A stretch of 64,000 nt of DNA from a bacterium. GTDB taxonomy: Bacteria > Electryoneota > Electryoneia > Electryoneales > Electryoneaceae. Below, in pieces: positions 21,591-32,400 of this stretch. Below the pieces are notes generated by a model that did no database searches, was not told the DNA's origin, and saw only the letters and a program-made list of their open reading frames with translations. Numbering within the stretch: position 1 is the first letter of the stretch; every line of letters begins with the position of its first letter. Location of the stretch: the NCBI GenBank assembly GCA_963669175.1, contig OY769902.1, positions 4,608,001-4,672,000 on the forward strand, written 5' to 3'. Made by a program: the position numbers and the translations under genes.

Positions 21591-21841
21591 TTCTTCTGGT
21601 AGAGTCCAGTCCTGATTCTGGTTGCCACTCGGCGAAAAACCTCCTTATGATCAACCACATTACACTCATGCGCTATTCAGGCATCTGACAACCGGCGCCT
21701 CCCTTTGTGAGAAAAGGACCGAATATACATTACAAATCTCTTCCCTATCCCCAGGAGTATACAGGTTGAAAAATGATTCAGAAGGATATAGTTTATGTAA
21801 CTGAATATGATTTGCTTTGAGACTTGGGCGTGAGGATACAT

Positions 21842-24800
21842 ATGCGCGGGCTGACTCTGAAGATTGTCTTTTTCTTTTTCCTCCTCACAGGTAGTATAAA
21901 AGCTGAAACGATGGTTTCAGGAGCTATAAGCGGCATATGGAATGTCGCTGGCAGTCCCTATATTCTTACCGGTGATACGGTATACGTTCCTGCTGATTCT
22001 GCACTTACCATCATGCCAGGGGTGCAAATAGAGTTTTCTATTTGCCGGTGTTTTTTAGTATATGGCCACCTCACTGCTTCGGGACAACCTGACCAGGAAA
22101 TTATCTGGAATTTCGAGAATGATACTACTTTCACATCCGCACTGGAGTTCTCTTCTTCCACGCCGGACACCAACCAGCTCTCTTTCTGCCGTTTTATAAA
22201 TGGTGGTCGAATACTTGGCAAGGGCGAAAATGAATGTAATGTTTCCATAGAAAATTCTACCTTCGACGAGTTGGGATCAACAGTACACATTTCTTCCAAC
22301 GACAACACGAGTTTACGAATTAGCAATTGCAATTTACGCTATGGCACATTTTATTTATCATCAATTTTTAACGGCTCCTTATCCTTGATAAATAATATTA
22401 CTCAAGGATCTTACGATTCTCTTTCAATATTCATTACTTCCCACTACAATAGCCAGCTTCTTGTGCATAACAACAACTTCTACGTAGGCCAGATAACCGT
22501 TTCCTCATGTAGTAGTGGCCAAATAACTGAGAATATTGTTAATTCCATATCCCTTTTAAATTGTTCTAATATCCTAATAAACAATAATTCACTACACCAA
22601 TACTCTTTGTCAAACTCGGAAAACATATTAACAACCGATAATTTATTTCTAAATCCATTCCAGTCGGACAATATCATTATTAATCCTCTTGTTCAAATTA
22701 ATAACTCTTCTTTGGAATTTTACGATAATCATAATGTGCCTACATGTAGTTTTATAGACATGTTTTCAACTTCTAACATTTCTTACAATAGCTTTATTGG
22801 AACAATTTATTTTAGCAGTTATCATGGCCCTTTTTTCAACAATACGATTGTACTATCAGACTATTTTGACAATCTTCTTACTCAAAATATTATAACATGC
22901 GATGAATCTAGTACTCTTGATATTTGGAATACTATCATTGTTGGCAAATTGGGCGGAGCTACTTCTTGCGGAATTTCTGCCTTAGACCGCTCTAACCCTG
23001 ATATTAGAAATTGTTGCTTCTATCGATTGGACCGAGAAGTCGAGGGCGATACTTGTCTTAACTCGATTTCAGGAAATCCATACTTCGTCAACGAGGATGA
23101 ACGCGACTTTAGTTTACAGGCAATATCACCATGCATTGATTCCGGCATTCCTGTTCCTGGTCACACTGACCCGGATGGTTCAAGTACGGATATTGGCGCT
23201 TTCCCGTTTGACCATACACAAGACCATTCTCCCGTTTTGGTTTCCAGAAAAAAAGTTCCTGCGATCAAGAGCGAGCTATTCCGCTATACTGCTGTTGCTT
23301 CAGATGATGCCGAAGCGCTACAGATAGAGTTCGCACAATATCCCATCTGGCTGCAACCGGAGGTCTATGCATCCGAACTGGACGCTGTTATTGACTCAGC
23401 CGTTATCAGCGGAATTGTGCCTAATAACGCTACTGACTGCAGCATACTGGTAACCATAACCTCAAGTGACACTGAGTCGGTTCAATGTTGGGTTGATCTG
23501 CGAATTTTTGAAGATGAATTGGTCGGCCCTCTGTCAGGCTATCTCCCATGTGCTGATGCTCCGTACTACCTTGCCGGTCCCGCCTGGATCTCGCAATACG
23601 CGACGTTTGAGATTGAAGCAGGAACTCGAATTGAAGTTGCTGAAACAGACAATCTTACTTCCCCTGCTGCGATTTCCTGTTATGGCAACTTGCTTTTCGA
23701 TTGCTCTTCTACAGACAGTATTGTGTTTTGTAGTTTTGCGGACAATGCAGATATCAAGGCTTGGAATGGAATATCTTTTCACAATCAGAGTGCTTTATCA
23801 ATTAGGAATCTTGTAATCAAAGATGCTTCACTTGGCCTCTCTATCTCTTCAGATAGACGAGTCAATATTGATAATAGCAGCTTCTCCAATTGCTTTTTAG
23901 CTGTTGACATTTCTACGCCCGATAGCGCCACATTGAACAACTGTACATTATCTTCTTGCTTTAATGGACTCTCTGTTCTATCAAATGGACCTGCTGCAGT
24001 TGCTTACTCTGCTTTTTCACACATCAGCAATACTGCTATTTCTATCAATACAGGTTCTGTATCATTCTGTTCTTTTTCAAATAATTACACCAATATCTGC
24101 ATAAATAGCGATTCTCATTCTGGTTATTACTATACTGTTTCCCTTATTAACAATTCTTTTAGATATTCTTACATGGATTTACTAATTTTTTCGGATGACT
24201 ATATTGATCATTTTGACATTTTCAACAATTTATTCACTAATTCTTATTATAATCTTAATTTATCTTGTAACAATAATACCTACAATATCTATAATAATAC
24301 TTTCTATACCCCTTCCATCGCCAATAGCGTTTGCATTAATTTTAATACATTTAATTCTATATATATTTCTAACAACATATTCTTTTACGCTAATTCCGGA
24401 TTCCAATCCATTGATTCTTTACCACCTTCAATAGTTGCTAATTATAACCTCTTCTTTCCTTTTCCTTACGATTCTTCCGCTGGTGAAAATAATATTTATG
24501 CAAATCCTCTGCTCTTTTCACCTGAATCTGGTGATTTTCATCTACTCCCTGATTCACCCTGTATTGACAGTGGCAATCCTGATCTTCCTCATGACGAAGA
24601 TGGATCGCGTTCTGATATTGGGGCTATTCCATACGATCCTGACTGGTCCCATTTTACTGATACCGAAATCCTTATTCCAACAGAAGTATCGCTTTCTCTA
24701 TACCCCAACCCTTTTAATGACACTTCTTCTTTATGTTTATACCTTCCTTACAACGCCACAATGACTTATAGTATATATAACATATTAGGTCAAATCGTTT

Positions 24801-24955
24801 ATAGTAATATTTCCGCATCTCTTTCGCAGGGTCACCACATTATTCCTTTTGATTATTTCTCTAATCTCCCCAGTGGTATTTATTTTATCAATATTCATAT
24901 TGTTCACGAAGGTTCTTCCTATTCCAAATGCCTGAAAGCAGTCTACACAAGGTAG
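21842..24955 (+). CDS. Secreted right-handed parallel beta-helix protein with T9SS-type CTD
   Basis: SGIWNVAGSPY N-terminus; Asn/Ser-rich beta-helix repeats; two SPCIDSG..D.DGS..DIGA modules; YPNPFN; largely AT-rich. Confidence 0.8.
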   Translation: MRGLTLKIVFFFFLLTGSIKAETMVSGAISGIWNVAGSPYILTGDTVYVPADSALTIMPGVQIEFSICRCFLVYGHLTASGQPDQEIIWNFENDTTFTSALEFSSSTPDTNQLSFCRFINGGRILGKGENECNVSIENSTFDELGSTVHISSNDNTSLRISNCNLRYGTFYLSSIFNGSLSLINNITQGSYDSLSIFITSHYNSQLLVHNNNFYVGQITVSSCSSGQITENIVNSISLLNCSNILINNNSLHQYSLSNSENILTTDNLFLNPFQSDNIIINPLVQINNSSLEFYDNHNVPTCSFIDMFSTSNISYNSFIGTIYFSSYHGPFFNNTIVLSDYFDNLLTQNIITCDESSTLDIWNTIIVGKLGGATSCGISALDRSNPDIRNCCFYRLDREVEGDTCLNSISGNPYFVNEDERDFSLQAISPCIDSGIPVPGHTDPDGSSTDIGAFPFDHTQDHSPVLVSRKKVPAIKSELFRYTAVASDDAEALQIEFAQYPIWLQPEVYASELDAVIDSAVISGIVPNNATDCSILVTITSSDTESVQCWVDLRIFEDELVGPLSGYLPCADAPYYLAGPAWISQYATFEIEAGTRIEVAETDNLTSPAAISCYGNLLFDCSSTDSIVFCSFADNADIKAWNGISFHNQSALSIRNLVIKDASLGLSISSDRRVNIDNSSFSNCFLAVDISTPDSATLNNCTLSSCFNGLSVLSNGPAAVAYSAFSHISNTAISINTGSVSFCSFSNNYTNICINSDSHSGYYYTVSLINNSFRYSYMDLLIFSDDYIDHFDIFNNLFTNSYYNLNLSCNNNTYNIYNNTFYTPSIANSVCINFNTFNSIYISNNIFFYANSGFQSIDSLPPSIVANYNLFFPFPYDSSAGENNIYANPLLFSPESGDFHLLPDSPCIDSGNPDLPHDEDGSRSDIGAIPYDPDWSHFTDTEILIPTEVSLSLYPNPFNDTSSLCLYLPYNATMTYSIYNILGQIVYSNISASLSQGHHIIPFDYFSNLPSGIYFINIHIVHEGSSYSKCLKAVYTR

Positions 24956-25311
24956 ATTGCACTTTGATAAACGCTATTTAGGAGATTTTCATGATGCTGT
25001 CATCTAAAAAACTGCTCTTTACTTGTGTTTTGTTTTTTTGTCTCTTTTCTTATTCATTTGCTTTAACTGTTATTGACGAGTTTCATCCTACTTATGGTTC
25101 TTATTATTCTAATGGTGATGATCGCTTTAATTTACATGATACTGAATTAATACACCTTTCGCTTATTGACGATGACGTATTTCTCTTACGTCATACAGTC
25201 TATATAGAAAATGGTGGATCCTTTATAATTGATCCAGGCGTTTCCCTCTATCTCGTAGATTATATAAAAATTGATGCTAGAAATACAGGTAGTACTTTAT
25301 CAATTGTTGGT

Positions 25312-26614
25312 CACTGCTGTCCGGTAGGTTATCACGATTTCGTGTAACTATCCCGGAGACTTTATAATAATAAAGACTTGCATCACAAGGTGCCGTTGGT
25401 AAGATTGAGTTTGCACACACATTCTCATCAACGGAGGATGCAAGTCATGGCTCAATCTACAACCGTATTGATGCAGATACAAAAGCTTGTACCCAACGAG
25501 CTCTTTGACAAGCTTGCCACGAAGTATCATGTTGATAAATATGCCTCTGTGTTTACGGCATCCACCCATTTTGCGGTTCTGATGTTCGCACAGTTGGCGG
25601 GATTGAAGTCGACACGCGATATTCAGCATGCAACGGCATCCCTGTTCTCAATGGACCCCTTGGTCAATGTAAAGAAGTCGACCCTGGCAGAAGCGAACAA
25701 GCGGATTAACTGGCGATTTTACTACGAACTGTTTCAGGCATTATTCGCCCTTTTCTGTGACAGGTTTTCCAAGCATGATTTTCCCGTTCCCGGTAAACTT
25801 CTTTCGCTTGACAGCACGCTGATTCCGGTATGCCTGGAACGGTTGCCCTGGGCAAAATACCGCACAACAAAAGGTGCTCTGAAACTGCACACCCTACTGG
25901 ATCATGACGGGCTTATTCCACAAGACATTGTCATCACCGACGGCAAGGTCAGCGATATCGGGGCGGCGCGAACCATGCCCATTACGTCAGGCACAACCTA
26001 TCTGGTTGACCGTGGCTACTTCGACAGCGCCTGGTTTGCCAGGATCAATCGCAACCAGGCCTTTTTCGTCACACGCATGAAAAGCAACGTCGGCTTTGAA
26101 TGGACCGAAAAACGAAAGGTGGAAGCCGGAACAGGTGTCCGTGGTGACTGGATTGGTCATTTTGACGGAACCCCGGCAGACCACTATCCTGATCCCTTGC
26201 GCCTGGTACACTTCACCGATCCGGAAACAAAAAAGGAATTGTGGTTTCTGACAAACTTGTTGGAAATAGACGCGTTGACCATTGCGCAGCTCTACAAGCA
26301 ACGCTGGCAGATTGAACTGTTCTTCAAATGGGTGAAACAGAACCTGAAAATCAAGTCTTTTCTGGGGACATCCGAAAATGCAGTGATGTCGCAAATCTGG
26401 GTTGCCATGATCGTCTTTCTCCTGCTAAGAGTGTTGCAAAAGAACGCCGACGAGGCAATCACTACTCATCAACTCTTGGTATTTATCAGCACACATCTGC
26501 TGATCTGTATCCCTGTAGCCAAAGCGTGGCAAGACTTTCAAAGAACAAGCGATATCGAAAAACAAAAACGAAAACAGCAATCAAGAACAATGCTCAATTA
26601 ACCGGACAGCAGTG
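25312..26614 (+). mobile_element. IS4-family insertion sequence
   Basis: Perfect 14-bp TIR cactgctgtccggt/accggacagcagtg; 9-bp TSD attgttggt at 25303-25311 and 26615-26623. Confidence 0.95.
25447..26601 (+). CDS. IS4-family DDE transposase
   Basis: LDSTLI, KLHTLLD, DRGYFD, YKQRWQIELFFKWVKQ signature; GGAGG RBS. Confidence 0.95.
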   Translation: MAQSTTVLMQIQKLVPNELFDKLATKYHVDKYASVFTASTHFAVLMFAQLAGLKSTRDIQHATASLFSMDPLVNVKKSTLAEANKRINWRFYYELFQALFALFCDRFSKHDFPVPGKLLSLDSTLIPVCLERLPWAKYRTTKGALKLHTLLDHDGLIPQDIVITDGKVSDIGAARTMPITSGTTYLVDRGYFDSAWFARINRNQAFFVTRMKSNVGFEWTEKRKVEAGTGVRGDWIGHFDGTPADHYPDPLRLVHFTDPETKKELWFLTNLLEIDALTIAQLYKQRWQIELFFKWVKQNLKIKSFLGTSENAVMSQIWVAMIVFLLLRVLQKNADEAITTHQLLVFISTHLLICIPVAKAWQDFQRTSDIEKQKRKQQSRTMLN

Positions 26615-29531
26615 ATTGTTGGTAATACTAATAACAGTATAACAATTTCTTCTTATCGTAATATGTCTGAAGATCTTTATAATGATCCAAATTTCCCTAC
26701 CGATTTGTTGAACGATGATCAGAACAGCCCATATTATCCTTACCCAGATCCCCCTTCCGGTACTGAAGAATTGCAACTAATTTCTCGTTCTACTCATGCA
26801 AACACTGCCTTGGAATATACACATGTTAGTTATTTTATGGATGGCATTATTGCTTGGGATAATATGCCTATATATCATAACACTTTTGATAACTGCTATT
26901 CGTCAGCTATAACTTTACAAGCTGAATATTGCGCTTCTTCTAATGACCACACACAACACAATATTATCAATGATTGTTATAATGGCATTGTTATATCCTA
27001 TGCCAACACTTCTAATCTAGCTATTGTTTCTAACAATACCATTAACAGTTCTACACATGGTATTTACATATGTTCATCAAATGGTTGTCAAATTTACAAT
27101 AATATTATATATGATTGCAACAAAGCTTTCTATTTTTATTATTCTAGCACAATACAAACTATAGCTAACAATCACATTGAATCTTGTAATTATGGTTTTT
27201 ACAACTGCAATAGCAATAATAACAATACACCATGCTTTTGCAATAATAATCTTATAGATATTAACAATACTGCTTTTTATTCTTATGGCACACAAATATC
27301 AGGTACTGATTTCATTTTAAACAATCATGTTTCTAATGCCTATTCTTTATCATATAATGTTACTACAGGAACACTTTTAACAGATTGTGCTTTATTATTC
27401 GGTGACAGTGAATATCATTTATTACATAACAGTCCTTTAGTAGATGCTGGTTGTAATCCAGGTGATAATCCTTATGTTGATTGTGATCTTTATGGAACAG
27501 CACCTGATATTGGCATATATGGTGGTCCTTACGCTGAAAACCATATATTATGTTTAGGTGCTAATTCGGGTTCTTTCCAAATAGGTGACCATTCTCCCTA
27601 TCGGATAACAGAAAATATAACTGTTCCTGCTGGTCAATCTTATTCAATCACTAGTAGCAATTCCGCTAATTGCATTATTGATATCGTTGATAATGTTATT
27701 ATAGATGTACTAGGCACATTCAATATTTCAAGTTCAACTAGTACACCTATGTCAATTACAATTGGCAAGGATGTGACTATTCATGTTTCTGGTACATTAA
27801 ATATTTTAGGTAATGCGACTAATCCAGTTTCTATTGTAAATGAAGATGCTTTATGGAGTGGTATTAATTATGATGGCAACTCTAATGCTAGTCAAATAGC
27901 ACATTCTTATATTGAAGGTTTTAAATCGCTAACAGTAACTAACAGCCACACATTAAATGTATCATATACATCCATCAGCAACTGTGGTTCTTCAAGTTCC
28001 GCAGCATTAATCATTAGCAAGGGTGGGCTATATAATCATATTCATGGTGGTCTAGTATCGAATGGCCCTGGAATAAAGGTTATGGACTCACAATCGAGGA
28101 TTTATTTGACAGATATTATTGCTAATGGATCAGTATCATCCACGATAGAAGTATATAAGGGATATGCCAATCTCAACAGTTGCACTATATGCGATAATAC
28201 TGATTCATATGGGTTAGCGATGCATAATTGTTCTACTGGTTCGATAAAAGGAACGACATTTAGCAATAATAAAATTGGTATATTGTTAGATAATAGCATT
28301 CCTATATTTAGAGAGGAAAATGTTGTTGAATATAATATTGAGAATGGAATAATGCTAATAAATGGAAGTAATATTGCAATGGGACACTCATTAAATCCTT
28401 TGTTTGGTAATGTATTTGGCGATAATGGAAGTACTGGATCAAGTTCAAAGAACGCTGACATTTTGTTGAATGGGGCAGTACCTTATCTTGCAAATATGCA
28501 CAATGATATTGTTGATAATCGTGGGGCCAGCAACCAATACTTAATCTATAATGCGCAACCACCTTCTACTCCACTAGACATATCTTACAATTATTTATCA
28601 ACTTATCCACCAGCTCCATTATCTCGATTTTTTCCACTAGGTGCCTTTGTCTATACGAATGGTGATGCTGTCAGAAACTTCCCGGGATATACATATTTGT
28701 CTGTTGATGATCTTGCTCTCGCTGCATCTTTAGAGGACAATGGCGAGTTCAGTGATGCAGCAGATGTATATCTGGACATCGTATACACTGAAGAAATTCC
28801 TTCTGCTCTAAGTGCCTGGGTACGGTGTTGTTTTTCTGCCGGGATAGAGACTGAGAATATTGTAAATGAACTAAATGCGTGGCTAGGAGATGATATCTAT
28901 GGAAAGACAGCATTTTGGTTGAAAATTTCTGTATTAAACCATGATAATAGCTACGAGGAATCGATAACCATTCTTGAAGACTATATTATGCAAGCTGAAA
29001 CCGAGAATGATTCATTGATGGGGCTATATGAAGAATTAATAACTTATTATCAAATGATGACATATAATGAAGATTTTGGTAACTTAGAAAAAACAGTCCC
29101 TGGAAATAATCCTGCGTACCAAGTAGGTCAGATTTCCTACGCTGTTCCTCGCAGTCAAGCAGATTTTGACCAGAAAGAAGAAGACCTTCTGGCCCAAATG
29201 CATCAGAAGCTAAGTACTTCCATAAATGAGGACAACCTTCTTCCCAAAAAATACTGTCTGCGCCAAAACTATCCTAATCCCTTTAATCCAACAACAACTC
29301 TGAGTTTTGATCTAGTTCACCCAGAAACGGTCAAATTGTCTGTGTACAACATTATGGGGCAGGAAGTTGCACAACTTCTTGATTGTTCCTTGCAAGCTGG
29401 TTCACACAGTATAAACTTTGATGCAAGTAATCTTGCTAGTGGATTGTATTTTTATCGAATTGAAGCAGGTTCATTTATTGATATGAAAAGAATGGTTCTT
29501 GTGAAATAGATTTTTCGAAAAGCAAGAATAG

Positions 29532-29557
29532 AACCCGGCACGATTTCGTGCCGGGTT
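29532..29557 (+). terminator. Hairpin identical to 21565-21590
   Basis: aacccggcacgatttcgtgccgggtt. Confidence 0.7.
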
Positions 29558-29648
29558 ATCTATTGCGGTGCCTTTCAGCACTTTAAGAAAGCGGCTTTAT
29601 GTTGTATGTTCCGGGGAATCGCTTTGGAAACCGATTTTCGGGGGGATC

Positions 29649-31355
29649 ATGTCATCGTCGATGAATCAGCTCCTGGCGGCAGCGCGTGGCGAGCTGGAAG
29701 TGGACTTGCTACTCACGGGTGGAAGTGTGCTGCACGTCCATTCCGGTGAAATCCTGCCCACCGACCTGGCGATCTATGATGGGCGAGTTGTCGGGCATGG
29801 TCCGCGTCCAGCCAAACGAACCCTGGACCTGAAAGGGGCTACGGTTGTTCCGGGGCTGATTGATGTCCATTTCCACATCGAAAGTTCCATGCTTACCCCG
29901 GCACGGTTGGCGGAAATCCTGTTGACACAGGGCACGACAACCGTAGTCGCCGATCCTCATGAGATAGCCAATGTCCTGGGCAAGGATGGTGTCCGCTGGA
30001 TGCATGACGCGACCGAGCACCTCCCGTTGGCGTATCGCTTCTGGCTGCCTTCCTGTGTCCCGGCGACTCACCTGGAAACATCAGGCGCAACCCTGAACGC
30101 GGAAGATCTGCGTGAGCTTTCCTTCATGCCGCGCATGGTCGGACTGGGTGAAATGATGAATGTGCCGGGTGTGATCCATGGCGATGAGGCGGTCCATGCC
30201 AAGCTGGACATGGCACTGCGTCGCACCGGCTTCCCCATTGACGGCCACGCTCCCGGCTTTTCCGGCCCCAACCTGGATGCCTACCTGCTGGCGGGTGTGG
30301 AAGCTGATCATGAATCCTCAGAGCTGCAAGAAGCGCGTGAAAAGCTGCGCAAAAGCATGTGGGCGTTGATTCGAGAAGGGACTGCGGCACGTAACCTGCA
30401 TGACCTGTTCCCGCTGATCAATGAGAAAACCTGGCAGCATATCGCGTTTGTGCTGGATGATCGCCATGTGGACGATCTGCTGGATCGCGGCAGCCTGAAC
30501 AGCATGATCAAGCAGGCGATTCGTTATGGCCTGGACCCGGTTACCGCAATACGGCTCGCCACTCTGACCCCGGCCATGCGTATGGGCTGGAAAACACGTG
30601 GGCACCTTGGACCGGGCGCGGTTGCGGACTTTATTGTGCTGCATGACCTGGAATCATTCGGTATACGGCATGTGTTCACCAATGGCAAGCAGGTTGTCGA
30701 ACACGGACACCTGTGCGAATCCATGCCCAGCTACCCGGCTCCGGCTCCCTCGTTTCACCTGGAAAGCCCTTCTGCGGACGCTTTCATCATATCTGGCGCC
30801 AACGAAGAGGTGCGAACGATAGCCGTCATCCCGGACCAGATCATCACCAAGATGGTTATGATGAGCCCACGTGTGCGTCACGATACTCTTCACGCCGATC
30901 CGCAAACCGATCTGGCCAAGCTGGCCGTTCTGGAACGTCACCACGGAACCGGCAACATCGGACTCGGCTTCGTTCACGGTCTGGGCTTGAAACGTGGGGC
31001 TATCGCATCCAGCATTGCCCACGACAGCCATAACCTGGTCGTTGCGGGGATGGATGACACCTCCATGGCCGTGGCAGCCGATGCGGTCATTCAGGCTGGC
31101 GGTGGATTGGCCGTAGCCGACGGAGAACGTATGGTTGAAGTCCTCCCCCTCCCCGTGGCTGGACTTATGAGCGATGACAACCCCATCGAGGTCTCTTTGC
31201 ACCTGAAGCACCTGGTTAAACTGGCCAAGGATATGGGCACGGTCTACGATCCGTTCATGAGCTTGAGTTTCCTGGCGCTGCCTGTGATCCCCGAAATAAG
31301 ACTGACTGATAAAGGTCTGGTGGATGTGGGGAAATTCGATTTTGTGGCGCTGTAG
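29649..31355 (+). CDS. ade: Adenine deaminase
   Basis: PGLIDVHFHIESS, ADPHEIANV, GLGEMMN, DGHAP, DHE, AHDSHN, LALPVIPE. Confidence 0.93.
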   Translation: MSSSMNQLLAAARGELEVDLLLTGGSVLHVHSGEILPTDLAIYDGRVVGHGPRPAKRTLDLKGATVVPGLIDVHFHIESSMLTPARLAEILLTQGTTTVVADPHEIANVLGKDGVRWMHDATEHLPLAYRFWLPSCVPATHLETSGATLNAEDLRELSFMPRMVGLGEMMNVPGVIHGDEAVHAKLDMALRRTGFPIDGHAPGFSGPNLDAYLLAGVEADHESSELQEAREKLRKSMWALIREGTAARNLHDLFPLINEKTWQHIAFVLDDRHVDDLLDRGSLNSMIKQAIRYGLDPVTAIRLATLTPAMRMGWKTRGHLGPGAVADFIVLHDLESFGIRHVFTNGKQVVEHGHLCESMPSYPAPAPSFHLESPSADAFIISGANEEVRTIAVIPDQIITKMVMMSPRVRHDTLHADPQTDLAKLAVLERHHGTGNIGLGFVHGLGLKRGAIASSIAHDSHNLVVAGMDDTSMAVAADAVIQAGGGLAVADGERMVEVLPLPVAGLMSDDNPIEVSLHLKHLVKLAKDMGTVYDPFMSLSFLALPVIPEIRLTDKGLVDVGKFDFVAL

Positions 31356-31460
31356 TGCAGCTTTTTCCGACCATTCTTCAAGAATCTGCCACCTCGAAGA
31401 GGTGACACTTGAGTAGCGCGGTGCGTAAGCGCTGTCTCTTACTCACATCTTCGTGTTTCT

Positions 31461-31765
31461 GCCACCCCGTGGGGGTGGGATATTTTAGCGTAGGGTAGGC
31501 GCTGTCTGTTTAGCGCCTACCCTACGAAAAAGATCAAACCTCATATCAACCCTGAAAGGGTTGCATAAAGTATAATTGATACCCAATTGATTTATAAAGG
31601 ATATAAATTACGTTATTACCTGTAATAATTGAATAAACTAATATTGACTGCTCATTATGCAACCCTTCCAGGGTTGATTGTTCGTTAGAAATCCTGACAT
31701 AGTGTACAGGCCAAACAGACGGCCTGTACACTATGCTAAAATAGGGAATCCCGCCGGGATTCTAA
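31461..31765. repeat. Inverted composite palindromic element (REP/REPIN-like) with no transposase
   Basis: 15-bp perfect hairpins at 31489-526 and 31698-735 with mutually reverse-complementary loops; internal CAACCCTGAAAGGGTTG and CAACCCTTCCAGGGTTG. Confidence 0.7.
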
Positions 31766-32253
31766 AAATGCGATGTCCACAATCCTTTTGCTGATAAAGC
31801 TTTCAGAGGATGTGGGTAAGAGACAGTGCGTAAGCGCCGGGGAAACAATCATCCCCCTCATTCCGATCCTGAAGGGATCGCACAACCCCTGATTAAGGTT
31901 TGTCCCCTTTGGGCCAGGCTTGGGTGAAGCTACTTTTTCCAGGGGCGGACAACCTGCGCTATTCAAACAGCCCACCTTCACTGGACACAAATGCGGCCAA
32001 AGGCTCGCAGACATTCTGGCGGACTGATCCACCCCGCCTTGTGAAAACTTTCGCCAACCTAAAAAGGCTCTCGCCACCACTCCTGCCAGCAACTGTATCA
32101 TCACGGAGTCATGTTTCATAATATTTTGAAATTTGGTTTCACAATGGGCTCCTCGGGCCCATTTTGCCTATCCCCCTAGTATTGCATGCCCTATACCCGT
32201 GTGTTAGAATTCAGTGAGATAACCGGACTTATCTGCTTTGCTGGATAGTAGAC

Positions 32254-32313
32254 TTGCAGATAGACAATGGATAAGAGTATAATTTCGGTCTTGTTATGTG
32301 AAAAGTTTCGCGA
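32254..32313 (+). promoter_or_regulatory. Possible sigma70 promoter followed by a Rex-like operator
   Basis: TTGCAG-18 nt-TATAAT; atgtgaa-aagt-ttcgcga at 32296-313 resembles TTGTGAA-N4-TTCACAA. Confidence 0.4.
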
Positions 32314-32400
32314 TAACTTTGTTGTATTCAAAGGAAAAATGCCCTTATTTACAAGAAAAGACATGGGTGAATTTTGAAACATCAATTCGGGAGATTGGGT

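Larger units (their letters stand above)
24991..29509 (+). pseudogene. T9SS-CTD beta-helix protein gene interrupted by IS4 (fragments 24991-25311 and 26624-29509)
   Basis: Removing the IS and one TSD copy joins ...STLSIVG to NTNNSITIS... in frame, giving 1068 aa with a signal peptide and YPNPFNP CTD. Confidence 0.9.

Noticed and set aside
26612-29509. Independent 965-aa gene
   Set aside because: Its start codon comes from the IS end; it is the 3' part of the gene beginning at 24991.
31546-32121. Short ORFs in the ade-cytochrome spacer as transposase remnants
   Set aside because: No HUH or DDE motifs; the peptides (MQPFQG, LCDPFRI) are translations of the palindromes.
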